The notes beneath the pieces were generated by a model. It did no database searches. It saw only the letters and a program-made list of their open reading frames with translations, and was not told where the DNA came from. This document shows positions 31,693 through 40,241 of a stretch of DNA of 64,000 bases, piece by piece. A program made the position numbers and the translations under genes. This DNA comes from Flavobacteriaceae bacterium (GTDB taxonomy: Bacteria; Bacteroidota; Bacteroidia; Flavobacteriales; Flavobacteriaceae): assembly GCA_947483075.1 (NCBI GenBank), contig CANKLE010000010.1, positions 37,869 to 101,868 of the forward strand. The letters are read 5' to 3'. Every line of letters starts with the position of its first letter. The first letter of the stretch is position 1.

Positions 31693-32484
31693 TTATGGTG
31701 CTAAAATTTTGTAATTGCTTAATTCTGGGTTGGTAAAAATAGATAAAATTTGGTCTTTAAAACGAAAGTTTGAGCAGCTTTTTTTATCTACATTCAGGGG
31801 GGTTTTGCTTTCTTCTAGTCGCGAATAGTAATACAATTCTTGATTGATGCAATACACTAGGCCGTGGTTTCGATCCAGTTGCACGCGGTCATAATCGGGC
31901 GCGGTGCCCAACAAGCTTATTTTTCCATACAGGGAACATTCGTACCAATTGTGCGCCTGATCAATCCACTGAAAGCTATTAAAATCAGACTGGTAATAGC
32001 CCATAGATTCTGTAAAGGGGGTAGAAATAGTTTGGTATTCTTTGTTTTTCAGGTTCAGCAACCCCAGTTGGTTGGTCAAGCTGTTGTATACCCACAATTT
32101 ATTGCCTTCGGCCAAGCCAATTGCCGAGGCCATGAGAGGAGTGTTTAAAGAAGAAAAGGCAATTTTTTCAAGTTCGTTCAATTGGTTGTCGAGCAACACC
32201 ACTGTATTGAAGTTTTCATAAAACAAGACAATTTTCAAAGGATTGGTAAGCACAACCTGAGTGATTGTACCCAAACTTGTATTTTTATATTGCCAAGTTT
32301 GCTTGTCGGCTGTTTTGGTAAATTGTTGATTGCTACCGCTGTAGATTGCTCCATAGGAATCACGTCCATAAAATTCGTCCGAGGTGCATGTTTGCGTGCT
32401 AAGCGGCGTTATCAAAACCGCAGGATCTTGCGCTTGGCTTTGCCAAAAACAAAGCAATACAAAAAGGAAACCTAATTTTTTCAT
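31693..32484 (-). CDS. Secreted hypothetical protein
   Basis: 263 aa with a signal peptide (MKKLGFLFVLLCFWQSQAQ). I recognise no motif. It lies 1 nt upstream of the kinase gene. Confidence 0.6.
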   Translation of the reverse strand: MKKLGFLFVLLCFWQSQAQDPAVLITPLSTQTCTSDEFYGRDSYGAIYSGSNQQFTKTADKQTWQYKNTSLGTITQVVLTNPLKIVLFYENFNTVVLLDNQLNELEKIAFSSLNTPLMASAIGLAEGNKLWVYNSLTNQLGLLNLKNKEYQTISTPFTESMGYYQSDFNSFQWIDQAHNWYECSLYGKISLLGTAPDYDRVQLDRNHGLVYCINQELYYYSRLEESKTPLNVDKKSCSNFRFKDQILSIFTNPELSNYKILAP

Positions 32485-32603
32485 GTAGCTAAAGTAAGTT
32501 GTATTTCATTTAACTACAATGCTTTCCTTATAAATCTTTTAACAAAATAGGTTTCGCACAATGAAACTGATTTCACATCTTTGTCAAATAAACGAAATCT
32601 ACT

Positions 32604-33473
32604 ATGAACAAAAAGATCCTCATTTTATTTTTTATTGCTTCAGGAAGCCTGAGCAGTTTTGGTCAAGAATTCCAAGGCATGGCCGTATACGAATCGAAGA
32701 CAAGTACAACCGATTTTAAGTCGCGCATGGAAGGCAATAAAGAACTCACGCCCGACATGCAAAAAATGATTGAAGAACGCATGAAGCTTATGTTTGAAAA
32801 AACCTTCCTATTGTATTTTGGCAAGACGACTTCTGTATACAAGGAAGAAGAAAAATTAGAAGCAGCAGGCCAGAATCCTGGATTCCGCATGATGTCAAAC
32901 ATGATGGGGTCGGGGGGTACTTTCTACAAAAATACCAAAGAAAAAACCTATGCCGTAGACAAAGAATTCATGGGAAAAGAATTTCTAATTCAGGATTCCT
33001 TGCCCAAATTGGCATGGAAAATGGAAAAAGAAACCAAACAAATAGGCGGTTATACCTGTTTTAAAGCCACCGCCGTGCGCGAAGCCAGCAAAACTGATTT
33101 TAGAAATTTTCGCATGAAAAAACGCGAGGAAGAAAAGAAAGAAGGAGAAGGGAAAACCAACCTGCTTGACGAACTCAACTTGCCCAAAGAAATAACCATA
33201 ACCGCTTGGTATTCGCCAGAAATCCCCATTTCACAAGGTCCCGAAAATTATTGGGGTTTGCCCGGATTAATACTCGAAGTAAACGACGGAAAAACCACGA
33301 TCTTGTGTTCTAAAGTAGTCCTCAACCTGAAAGATAAAGTTGAGATTAAGGCGCCAACCAAGGGCGACATCATCAGCCAGCAAAAATACGACGAAACCGT
33401 AATCAAGAAAATGGAAGAGTTTCGAGAAATGGGTGGTGGAAGAAACGGCATGCAAATTCGCATGGGCAATTAA
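32604..33473 (+). CDS. GLPGLI family protein
   Basis: 289 aa with a signal peptide and the eponymous motif YWGLPGLILEV. Confidence 0.85.
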   Translation: MNKKILILFFIASGSLSSFGQEFQGMAVYESKTSTTDFKSRMEGNKELTPDMQKMIEERMKLMFEKTFLLYFGKTTSVYKEEEKLEAAGQNPGFRMMSNMMGSGGTFYKNTKEKTYAVDKEFMGKEFLIQDSLPKLAWKMEKETKQIGGYTCFKATAVREASKTDFRNFRMKKREEEKKEGEGKTNLLDELNLPKEITITAWYSPEIPISQGPENYWGLPGLILEVNDGKTTILCSKVVLNLKDKVEIKAPTKGDIISQQKYDETVIKKMEEFREMGGGRNGMQIRMGN

Positions 33474-33483
33474 GGAAATAGAG

Positions 33484-36234
33484 ATGAAAAAATGGATTGC
33501 GTTATTGCTGCTTCTTGCTTCAAATGGGGCTTGGTCACAAACGGTAAAGATTGAGGGAACGATAACCGATGCCCAACAAGTTCCGCTCGAAATGGCCAAT
33601 ATTATGGCGATTCGATCGAGCAGCAAAGACATGGACAGCTATGCCATAACCAACGAAAAAGGCAAATACCAACTGCAAGTAAAAGCCAATACAGCCTATG
33701 TGCTTAAAGTGAGTTACTTGGGCATGCAAGCCAAAGAAATTACGCTCAGCACCACTGGAGGAAATCTGGTGCAAAACATCGGTTTAGAGGCCGAAGGAAT
33801 AGAACTAAAGGGGGTAGAGATTGTGCGGGAAATGCCAGTTTCTATCAAGGGCGATACCATTGTATACAACGCCGATTCGTTCAAAACAGGCACCGAACGA
33901 AAACTAGAAGACGTCTTAAAAAAACTGCCAGGAGTTGAGGTAAATGCCAACGGAGAAGTAGAAGTAGAGGGCAAAAAAGTATCCAAATTGATGGTGGAAG
34001 GCAAAGATTTTTTTGATGGCGACACCAAATTGGGCGTCAAAAATATCCCTGCCGATGCAATTGACAAGATACAAGTGCTGCGAAATTACAACGAAATCAG
34101 CGCGTTAAAAGGAGTTGAGAACAACAACGAAGATGTGGCCATGAACATCAAACTCAAGAAGGGGAAAAAGAACTTCTGGTTTGGTGATGCACAAGCCGGA
34201 ATTGGCGTAGCTCAACAGGACAGCCGCTTTATTGTGAATCCTAAACTATTTTATTACAGCCCCGAATACAGCATTAATTTGCTGGCCAATTTTAATAATC
34301 TGGGCGAATTGCCCTTTACCCCGCAGGACTATTTTAAGTTTACGGGTGGATTTAAAAATTTGATGAAAAAAGGCGGCACAAATTTTAATGTGTCCTCGAA
34401 TGATTTGGGAATTTCGCTAATGCAAAACGATCGGGCCAAAGCCATCGAAACGCAATTTGGCGCCACCAATTTTTCGTATTCCATTACCAAGGCCTGGAAC
34501 ATCAGTGGCTTTGCAATCGGTTCTTCTACCTTGACCGATTTAGAAACCCAAACGCAACTGAATCGCGTGGACAATGTAAGCTTGCAGCAAACCACGCGCC
34601 AAAAAACCTTGGAGGCGACGCACCAAAAAAGCAACTTGGGGTTGTTTAAATGGAGCTCCAGTTACAAACCGTCCACAAAGCTGCAATTTGATTACGATGT
34701 ATTGCTCAAAACCTCGGCACAACAAGAATTTACTTTGTTAAGCTCAGAAACGACAACGCCTTTTGTTGTAGAAAATCAGGCCATCAACACACAAAAAAAC
34801 CAAGATCCTATTTCTGTTCAACAAAATGCCAATTGGTATTATACCCCCACCGACAAACAGGTCTTTGCAGTCGAGATTCAGCATGTATACCAAGATGAAA
34901 ATCCGTTTTATTCGGCCAATTTGGGCGCAAACCCCTTTCCGGATTCGTTGATTCCAGAGCAATTTTCACCCAATTTAGGGCTATTGGATCAACCATCTGG
35001 ACGCTATGATTTGAATCAAAATCGAATGGTAAAAACCAATAAAACTGATTCAAAATTTGATTATTACTACAGCCTAACACCCAAAACCAACCTCAATATT
35101 ACTACCGGGTATTTGTATACGCGCCAAAATTTCAATTCCAATTTATTTCAATTGCTAGATAACGGGACCACAAATGGACTTAACGACAATTCCAAAAACC
35201 GTGTGAGTTACCAATTTAACGATGCATTTGTAGGAGTTCATTTCAAGTGGTTGGTTGGTAAACTCACCGTAAACCCTGGTTTTTCTGTTCACCAATACCA
35301 GACACAAGACGTGCAACTTGGTCTTCAAAACAGCACTTCTTTTAGGCGTATTTTGCCCGATGTGTATGCCTTATATCAACTCAAAAAATCTGAGACACTC
35401 ACCTACAATTATTCGGTCACCACGGAGTTTACCGATGTAAAAAATTTGGCCGAGGGTTATGTATTGTCCAATTACAACAGCTTATTTCGCGGCACGAAAT
35501 ACCTAGAAAATGCCTTGATGCAAAATCATTCGCTGCGGTATTTTAGGTACAATATGTTTAATTTCACCAACATCTTTGGGTTTGTCAATTACAGCCGAAA
35601 AGTGAATGCCATCAAAACCGAGGCTTTATTTACCGGGATGAATCAATTTTCTACCCCCTACAATTCAAACTTTCCCGACGAAACCCTGAACAGCATGTTC
35701 AATTATGGACGATCCTTTGGACACTACAAAGCCAGTGTAAATGCGTCGGCAAATTGGTCTAAGTTTTATAACATTCGTTTGCAGTCGGTAGTTAATGTGA
35801 CTCGAACACCGGTAGTGACCGAATCGTTTACCCAAAGTTATACGGCCAAATTGGGCACCAATTTTAAAGCAGCCCCCAATTTAGAACTGGGGTATATGTT
35901 GGCTATAAACGACTACCAAAGCAGTACCTTTTATACCGAAAAACCCTTTGCCAAACTGGATTATTATTTTTGGGAGGCCTTTTCTTTGGTTACAGAATAC
36001 GAGTATTATCAGTACTCAAACAACGATAAAACCATTTCTAACACCTACGATTTTTTGACCACAAAATTGCAATACCAGCAAAAAGACAAGCCTTGGGAAT
36101 TTGAATTGTCGGGTACCAATTTGCTCAATACGACTTCGCTCAACGACGACAGTTTTACGCAGTTCCAAACCCGTAGTTCACAATACCGAGTTCAGCCTCG
36201 ATACGTAGTATTTAGCATCAAATACCATTTATAA
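33484..36234 (+). CDS. Outer-membrane beta-barrel / TonB-dependent-receptor-like protein with a carboxypeptidase-regulatory-like N-domain
   Basis: Trimmed to MKKWIALLLLLASNGAWSQ. It has a CarbopepD_reg-like start (VKIEGTITDAQQVPLEMANI), a plug-like segment (GDTIVYNADSF...LPGVEV) and a long barrel. Confidence 0.7.
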   Translation: MKKWIALLLLLASNGAWSQTVKIEGTITDAQQVPLEMANIMAIRSSSKDMDSYAITNEKGKYQLQVKANTAYVLKVSYLGMQAKEITLSTTGGNLVQNIGLEAEGIELKGVEIVREMPVSIKGDTIVYNADSFKTGTERKLEDVLKKLPGVEVNANGEVEVEGKKVSKLMVEGKDFFDGDTKLGVKNIPADAIDKIQVLRNYNEISALKGVENNNEDVAMNIKLKKGKKNFWFGDAQAGIGVAQQDSRFIVNPKLFYYSPEYSINLLANFNNLGELPFTPQDYFKFTGGFKNLMKKGGTNFNVSSNDLGISLMQNDRAKAIETQFGATNFSYSITKAWNISGFAIGSSTLTDLETQTQLNRVDNVSLQQTTRQKTLEATHQKSNLGLFKWSSSYKPSTKLQFDYDVLLKTSAQQEFTLLSSETTTPFVVENQAINTQKNQDPISVQQNANWYYTPTDKQVFAVEIQHVYQDENPFYSANLGANPFPDSLIPEQFSPNLGLLDQPSGRYDLNQNRMVKTNKTDSKFDYYYSLTPKTNLNITTGYLYTRQNFNSNLFQLLDNGTTNGLNDNSKNRVSYQFNDAFVGVHFKWLVGKLTVNPGFSVHQYQTQDVQLGLQNSTSFRRILPDVYALYQLKKSETLTYNYSVTTEFTDVKNLAEGYVLSNYNSLFRGTKYLENALMQNHSLRYFRYNMFNFTNIFGFVNYSRKVNAIKTEALFTGMNQFSTPYNSNFPDETLNSMFNYGRSFGHYKASVNASANWSKFYNIRLQSVVNVTRTPVVTESFTQSYTAKLGTNFKAAPNLELGYMLAINDYQSSTFYTEKPFAKLDYYFWEAFSLVTEYEYYQYSNNDKTISNTYDFLTTKLQYQQKDKPWEFELSGTNLLNTTSLNDDSFTQFQTRSSQYRVQPRYVVFSIKYHL

Positions 36235-36274
36235 AAAAAACGCCCGATACTAATGCATCGGGCGTTTTCTTTTA
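36233..36274. terminator. Bidirectional intrinsic terminator between the outer-membrane receptor gene and metK
   Basis: AAAAAAAA-ACGCCCGAT-actaatgc-ATCGGGCGT-TTTCTTTT. Confidence 0.8.
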
Positions 36275-36285
36275 TGCTATTTGGG

Positions 36286-37536
36286 TTACAATCCAAAAGC
36301 TGCTTTTACTTCCGCTACACGGTTTAATTGCTCCCAAGTAAATAATTCTACGGTCATCGTTTTTTCTAAACCGCCTGGGGCTTTAAACGTTTTGGTTACC
36401 GTTTGGTGTTGGCGACCCATGTGTCCGTAGGCTGCTGTTTCACTGTATATGGGGTTTCTTAATTTTAGACTTTGCTCAATGTAGTAAGGACGCAAGTCAA
36501 ACAAGTCTTCTACTTTTTTGGCAATTTCACCATCGGTCAAGGATACTTTGGCAGTTCCGTAGGTATTTACGTTAATCGAAGTAGGTTTGGCTACCCCAAT
36601 CGCATAAGAAACTTGTACCAATACTTCATCACACAAGCCTGCTGCTACTAAGTTTTTGGCAATATGTCGCGTAGCATAAGCTGCCGAACGGTCTACTTTT
36701 GAGGGGTCTTTTCCGGAGAATGCTCCACCACCGTGTGCTCCTTTTCCGCCATAGGTATCCACAATAATTTTTCGGCCGGTTAATCCGGTATCGCCGTGAG
36801 GCCCGCCAATTACAAATTTACCGGTTGGGTTAATGTGGTAGGTAATTTGGTCATTAAACAAATGCGCATATTGAGGGTATTTGGCTTTCACTCTTGGAAT
36901 TAATATGGACACCAAATCGTGTTTTATTTTGGCCAACATCTTTGCCTCTTCGTCAAAGTCGTCGTGTTGGGTAGAGATCACAATCGCATCAATGCGAACG
37001 GGTTTATTTTCGTCGGAGTATTCTAAAGTAACCTGTGATTTGGCATCGGGACGCAAATAGGTAATTTCGGTATTTTCGCGACGGATGGCGGCCAATTCAA
37101 TCAATAAAGCATGCGATAAATCAAGCGCCAAAGGCATGTAGTTTTCTGTCTCGTTGGTGGCATACCCAAACATCATTCCTTGGTCACCAGCCCCTTGTTC
37201 TTCGGGATTACTTCGTTCTACACCTTGGTTAATGTCACTCGATTGCTCGTGAATAGCAGAAAGCACTCCGCAGGAATTAGCCTCAAACATGTACTCGCTT
37301 TTGGTGTACCCAATTTTCTTGATCACTTCTCGTGCAATTTGCTGCACATCCAAATAAGTGTTTGATTTTACTTCTCCTGCCAAAATAACTTGTCCTGTTG
37401 TAACCAAGGTTTCGCAAGCTACCTTTGAGCTGGGGTCAAAAGCTAAAAAATTGTCAATTAAGGCGTCTGAAATTTGATCAGCCACCTTGTCTGGGTGTCC
37501 TTCACTAACCGATTCGGAGGTAAATAAATAAGCCAT
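36286..37536 (-). CDS. metK: S-adenosylmethionine synthetase
   Basis: 416 aa with [23 protein letters not shown] and [16 protein letters not shown]. Confidence 0.97.
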   Translation of the reverse strand: MAYLFTSESVSEGHPDKVADQISDALIDNFLAFDPSSKVACETLVTTGQVILAGEVKSNTYLDVQQIAREVIKKIGYTKSEYMFEANSCGVLSAIHEQSSDINQGVERSNPEEQGAGDQGMMFGYATNETENYMPLALDLSHALLIELAAIRRENTEITYLRPDAKSQVTLEYSDENKPVRIDAIVISTQHDDFDEEAKMLAKIKHDLVSILIPRVKAKYPQYAHLFNDQITYHINPTGKFVIGGPHGDTGLTGRKIIVDTYGGKGAHGGGAFSGKDPSKVDRSAAYATRHIAKNLVAAGLCDEVLVQVSYAIGVAKPTSINVNTYGTAKVSLTDGEIAKKVEDLFDLRPYYIEQSLKLRNPIYSETAAYGHMGRQHQTVTKTFKAPGGLEKTMTVELFTWEQLNRVAEVKAAFGL

Positions 37537-37679
37537 ACTGTATTCTCTTTAATGATTAAAAGTTGTTTAAATTGAAAAGAGGAAAGAAACGAGTAAAACA
37601 GCTAAAGGGGGGAAGTCCTGCTTTAGCATTTTTTTACGAGGTTGCAATCAGATCAAATTTTTCCTCTAGAATTCTGCGA

Positions 37680-37687
37680 CAAATTTA
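37680..37687 (-). promoter_or_regulatory. Putative -7 box (TAAATTTG) of the metK promoter
   Basis: The minus strand reads TAAATTTG (TAnnTTTG consensus) about 143 nt upstream of the metK ATG. A TTTG lies about 23 nt further upstream. Confidence 0.3.
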
Positions 37688-37728
37688 GAACTATTTTATA
37701 AATCATACAGCAAACTTTAAATTTATTT

Positions 37729-37736
37729 TATATTTG
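37729..37736 (+). promoter_or_regulatory. Putative -7 box (TATATTTG) for the T9SS-sorted protein gene
   Basis: It matches TAnnTTTG and lies 24 nt upstream of the ATG at 37761. I saw no clear -33 element. Confidence 0.3.
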
Positions 37737-37760
37737 TATCACAAACTCTAAAAATTAACT

Positions 37761-38738
37761 ATGATGAAAAAATTACTTTATTTATTTATGGTATTGCCAT
37801 TTGTAGCTTTGGCTCAAAATCAATACAACTATGGTTTTAGCGGAACTACTGCTAACATGACTACCGCTGGTTGGGTTCGCACCAATCAAAGTACATCGCC
37901 ATCTACCACTTTATGGACTGTGGCGTCTTACACTCCAGTAACCATTAGCGCTACTCAACTTACGTTGCCATTTAGCACACAAACCTATGCTACAGGACAA
38001 TCATGTCCAGCACCATCTGGTCAGGCTGGCGGAACCAATTCATTTGCGTTGGTAAACTACACCAGTACCTCTAGCACGCTTGCTGCTGGAGCAACCATTA
38101 GCAACTGGTTAATTTCACCAATTATTACTGTTCAAAATGGAGACGTAATTAGCTTTTGGTCTAGAATTGGTAAATTCTCTGCAACAAACACCGCTTCTTA
38201 TGCAGATGATTTGCAATTGCGTATGAGTACCAATGGTTCATTTACCGCTGATCCTACAACTGGGCCTGCCGATACAGGAGATTACAGCGAAGTGTTGGTT
38301 GACATTAACCCTAACTTCAATTTGACTTCTTATCCTGCTACTTGGACTCAGTATTCGTATACTATTTCTGGTTTAGATGTGCCAACCGATTGTAAATTTG
38401 CCTTCCGTTATTATGTAACTGATGGAGGATTAAATGGCACTAATTCTGACATTATTGGTATTGATACCTTTTCGGTAGATCGTCCGTTGGCTACCAATGA
38501 TTTCTTTAAAGGAAACTTCTCAGTATATCCAAACCCAGCTACAAACGTATTGAATATAGCAAACCGCAATAATTTAGAAATTACTTCGGCTCAAATCACT
38601 GACGTAAATGGTCGTGTGGTGAATCAAGCAACTGGAGCTATTTCACAAATCAACATTGCAGATTTAACTGCGGGTGTTTATTTCTTAAAATTGACTACTT
38701 CACAAGGAGTAGGAACTACACGAGTAGTGAAAAACTAA
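37761..38738 (+). CDS. Secreted protein with a T9SS type A C-terminal sorting domain (the N-domain looks like choice-of-anchor J)
   Basis: 325 aa with a signal peptide. The C-terminal ~80 aa (FSVYPNPATNVLNI...GVYFLKLTTSQGVGTTRVVKN) match the Por secretion CTD pattern. Confidence 0.75.
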   Translation: MMKKLLYLFMVLPFVALAQNQYNYGFSGTTANMTTAGWVRTNQSTSPSTTLWTVASYTPVTISATQLTLPFSTQTYATGQSCPAPSGQAGGTNSFALVNYTSTSSTLAAGATISNWLISPIITVQNGDVISFWSRIGKFSATNTASYADDLQLRMSTNGSFTADPTTGPADTGDYSEVLVDINPNFNLTSYPATWTQYSYTISGLDVPTDCKFAFRYYVTDGGLNGTNSDIIGIDTFSVDRPLATNDFFKGNFSVYPNPATNVLNIANRNNLEITSAQITDVNGRVVNQATGAISQINIADLTAGVYFLKLTTSQGVGTTRVVKN

Positions 38739-38757
38739 GTTAGTTCTATAAGTTTAC

Positions 38758-38791
38758 AAAGCCTGTTCAGCAATGAGCAGGCTTTTTTTTT
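38758..38791 (+). terminator. Intrinsic terminator after the T9SS-sorted protein gene
   Basis: GCCTGTTCA-gcaa-TGAGCAGGC followed by a run of nine T. Confidence 0.8.
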
Positions 38792-38877
38792 GATTTTAAA
38801 AATCGATATTTTATTTTTAATTGTCTTGTAAATTTAAAATAGATACCCGTACTTTGCCCTGTTCATATTCGTATTGA

Positions 38878-38981
38878 TTGTTATCACGAAAGCTGGAGGG
38901 AATAGACCCGTTGAAAGCTTAGCAACCCTTTGCCAAAAGAAGGTGCTACATTCTATCCGCCGCAGCGGAGCAGATAACCCC
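38878..38981 (+). promoter_or_regulatory. SAM-I (S-box) riboswitch in the leader of the metH operon
   Basis: The sequence is TTGTTATCACGAAAGCTGGAGGGAATAGACCCGTTGAAAGCTTAGCAACC...GGTGCTACATTC..CCGCCGCAGCGG..AGCAGATAAC. It follows the S-box consensus (UUAUCA.GA.AG..GGAGGGA...GCCC..UGAA...GCAACC...GGUGCUA.UUC...AGAUAA). P1 pairs GTTATC with GATAAC, and P3 and P4 hairpins are present. Confidence 0.85.
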
Positions 38982-39057
38982 GAGAATTTCTTTCTCCTTT
39001 TCTGATAACCTATTGATGCCTATTGAGCTTGTTTCATTAACCTGATAACTTGCAAAC

Positions 39058-40041
39058 ATGTTAGCTATACAAGAAGCCATCAAACAACGCATACTCGTGC
39101 TCGACGGAGCCATGGGTACCTTGTTGCAGCGCAATAATTTTTCTGAAGAAGATTTTAGAGGTGCCCGATTTAAGGATTTTCAGCACCCACTCAAAGGCAA
39201 CAACGATTTGTTGTCAATTACCCAACCCGAAGCTGTAAAAAAAGTGCATCGCTTGTATTTTGAGGCCGGTGCCGATATTGTAGAAACCAATACTTTTTCG
39301 TCTACTACCATTGGTATTGCCGATTACCATTTGGAAGATTTGGTCTATGAATTGAATTACCAATCGGCCAAAATTGCGCGCGAAGTAGCCAACGAATTTA
39401 CCGATAAACCGCGTTATGTGGCCGGCTCTATTGGGCCTACCAACCGTACGGCTTCGATGTCGCCCGATGTGAATGATCCGGGTTTTAGAGCCGTCACCTT
39501 TGATGAATTGCGCATTGCCTACACTCAACAAGTAGAAGCTTTAATTGACGGCGGTTGTGATGTGTTATTGGTTGAAACTATTTTCGATACACTCAACGCC
39601 AAAGCCGCTTTGTTCGCCATCGAAGAAGTAAAAGAAGCCCGAAATCTAGACATTCCTGTTATGGTGTCTGGCACCATTACCGATGCCTCTGGCCGAACGC
39701 TATCGGGGCAAACGGTAGAAGCTTTTCTGATTTCGATTTCGCACATTCCTTTATTGAGTATTGGCTTTAATTGTGCCTTGGGTGCCGATCAACTGAAGCC
39801 TTATTTGTCGCGTTTGGCCATGAACACCCAACTCAATATTTCGGCGCATCCCAATGCGGGCTTGCCCAATGCTTTTGGCCAATACGACCAAACTCCCGAC
39901 GAAATGCAAGCCTTAATCAAGTCCTATTTGCAAGACAATCTGATCAATATTATTGGTGGTTGTTGTGGCACAACTCCGGAGCATATTAAAGCGATTGCCG
40001 ATGTGGCGAAGGAGTTTAAGCCGAGAGGGTTTAGGTTTTAG
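39058..40041 (+). CDS. metH: Homocysteine S-methyltransferase module of cobalamin-dependent methionine synthase, encoded as a separate cistron
   Basis: 327 aa with ILVLDGAMGT and the zinc-ligand region GGCCGTTPEHI. It ends at the Hcy/pterin domain linker (KPRGFRF*). Confidence 0.9.
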   Translation: MLAIQEAIKQRILVLDGAMGTLLQRNNFSEEDFRGARFKDFQHPLKGNNDLLSITQPEAVKKVHRLYFEAGADIVETNTFSSTTIGIADYHLEDLVYELNYQSAKIAREVANEFTDKPRYVAGSIGPTNRTASMSPDVNDPGFRAVTFDELRIAYTQQVEALIDGGCDVLLVETIFDTLNAKAALFAIEEVKEARNLDIPVMVSGTITDASGRTLSGQTVEAFLISISHIPLLSIGFNCALGADQLKPYLSRLAMNTQLNISAHPNAGLPNAFGQYDQTPDEMQALIKSYLQDNLINIIGGCCGTTPEHIKAIADVAKEFKPRGFRF

Positions 40042-40096
40042 GTTTTAGGTTGTCGGTTATCGGTTATCGGTTATCGGTTATCGGTTATCGGTTAAA
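40027..40096 (+). repeat. Tandem heptamer array: 10 units of GGTTNNN, with a core of GGTTATC x5
   Basis: The array reads GGGTTTA GGTTTTA GGTTTTA GGTTGTC (GGTTATC)x5 GGTTAAA. The TAG stop of the first metH cistron (40039-40041) lies inside it. Confidence 0.9.
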
Positions 40097-40112
40097 AAAG
40101 GATAATAAAATT

Positions 40113-40241
40113 ATGAATAAAACATACGCTAAATACCCTAATGAGAAACAAGTTGAAGTTTTTCAGTGGTTTTGTTCACAGCGAAAAGCTTGTGAAAAGT
40201 ATGTGTTAATTAATACCATAAAGTACAATGAGTTCAACTAG
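40113..40241 (+). CDS. Candidate 42-codon ORF in the spacer between the two metH cistrons; coding status unproven
   Basis: The peptide is [42 protein letters not shown]. Its TAG stop lies 11 nt past the metH-C ATG, giving a 14-nt overlap. I recognise no homolog. Confidence 0.15.
   Translation: MNKTYAKYPNEKQVEVFQWFCSQRKACEKYVLINTIKYNEFN

Noticed and set aside
37537-37680. Calling the metK leader a SAM-II riboswitch
   Set aside because: I could not align the GCUU...AAAGCU pseudoknot order of SAM-II by eye. The AAAGC/CUUUAGC elements here form a plain hairpin in the opposite order. I left it as an unclassified structured leader.
38946-39134. 62-aa minus-strand ORF overlapping the metH leader and start
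   Set aside because: It covers the 3' half of a well-matched SAM-I riboswitch and the metH start on the opposite strand, so it is almost certainly spurious.
40027-40096. Possible CRISPR array or other spacer-containing array (also considered for 52520-52560 and 54440-54475)
   Set aside because: The units are 7-8 nt and directly tandem with no unique spacers, and no cas genes are present. These are micro- or minisatellite-like arrays, not CRISPR.
40050-40112. N-terminal part of the 63-aa track ORF (MSVIGYRLSVIGYRLKKDNKI)
   Set aside because: This is simply the translation of the GGTTATC heptamer array from a non-ATG start. Only the 42-codon part from the ATG at 40113 was kept, and only as a low-confidence candidate.
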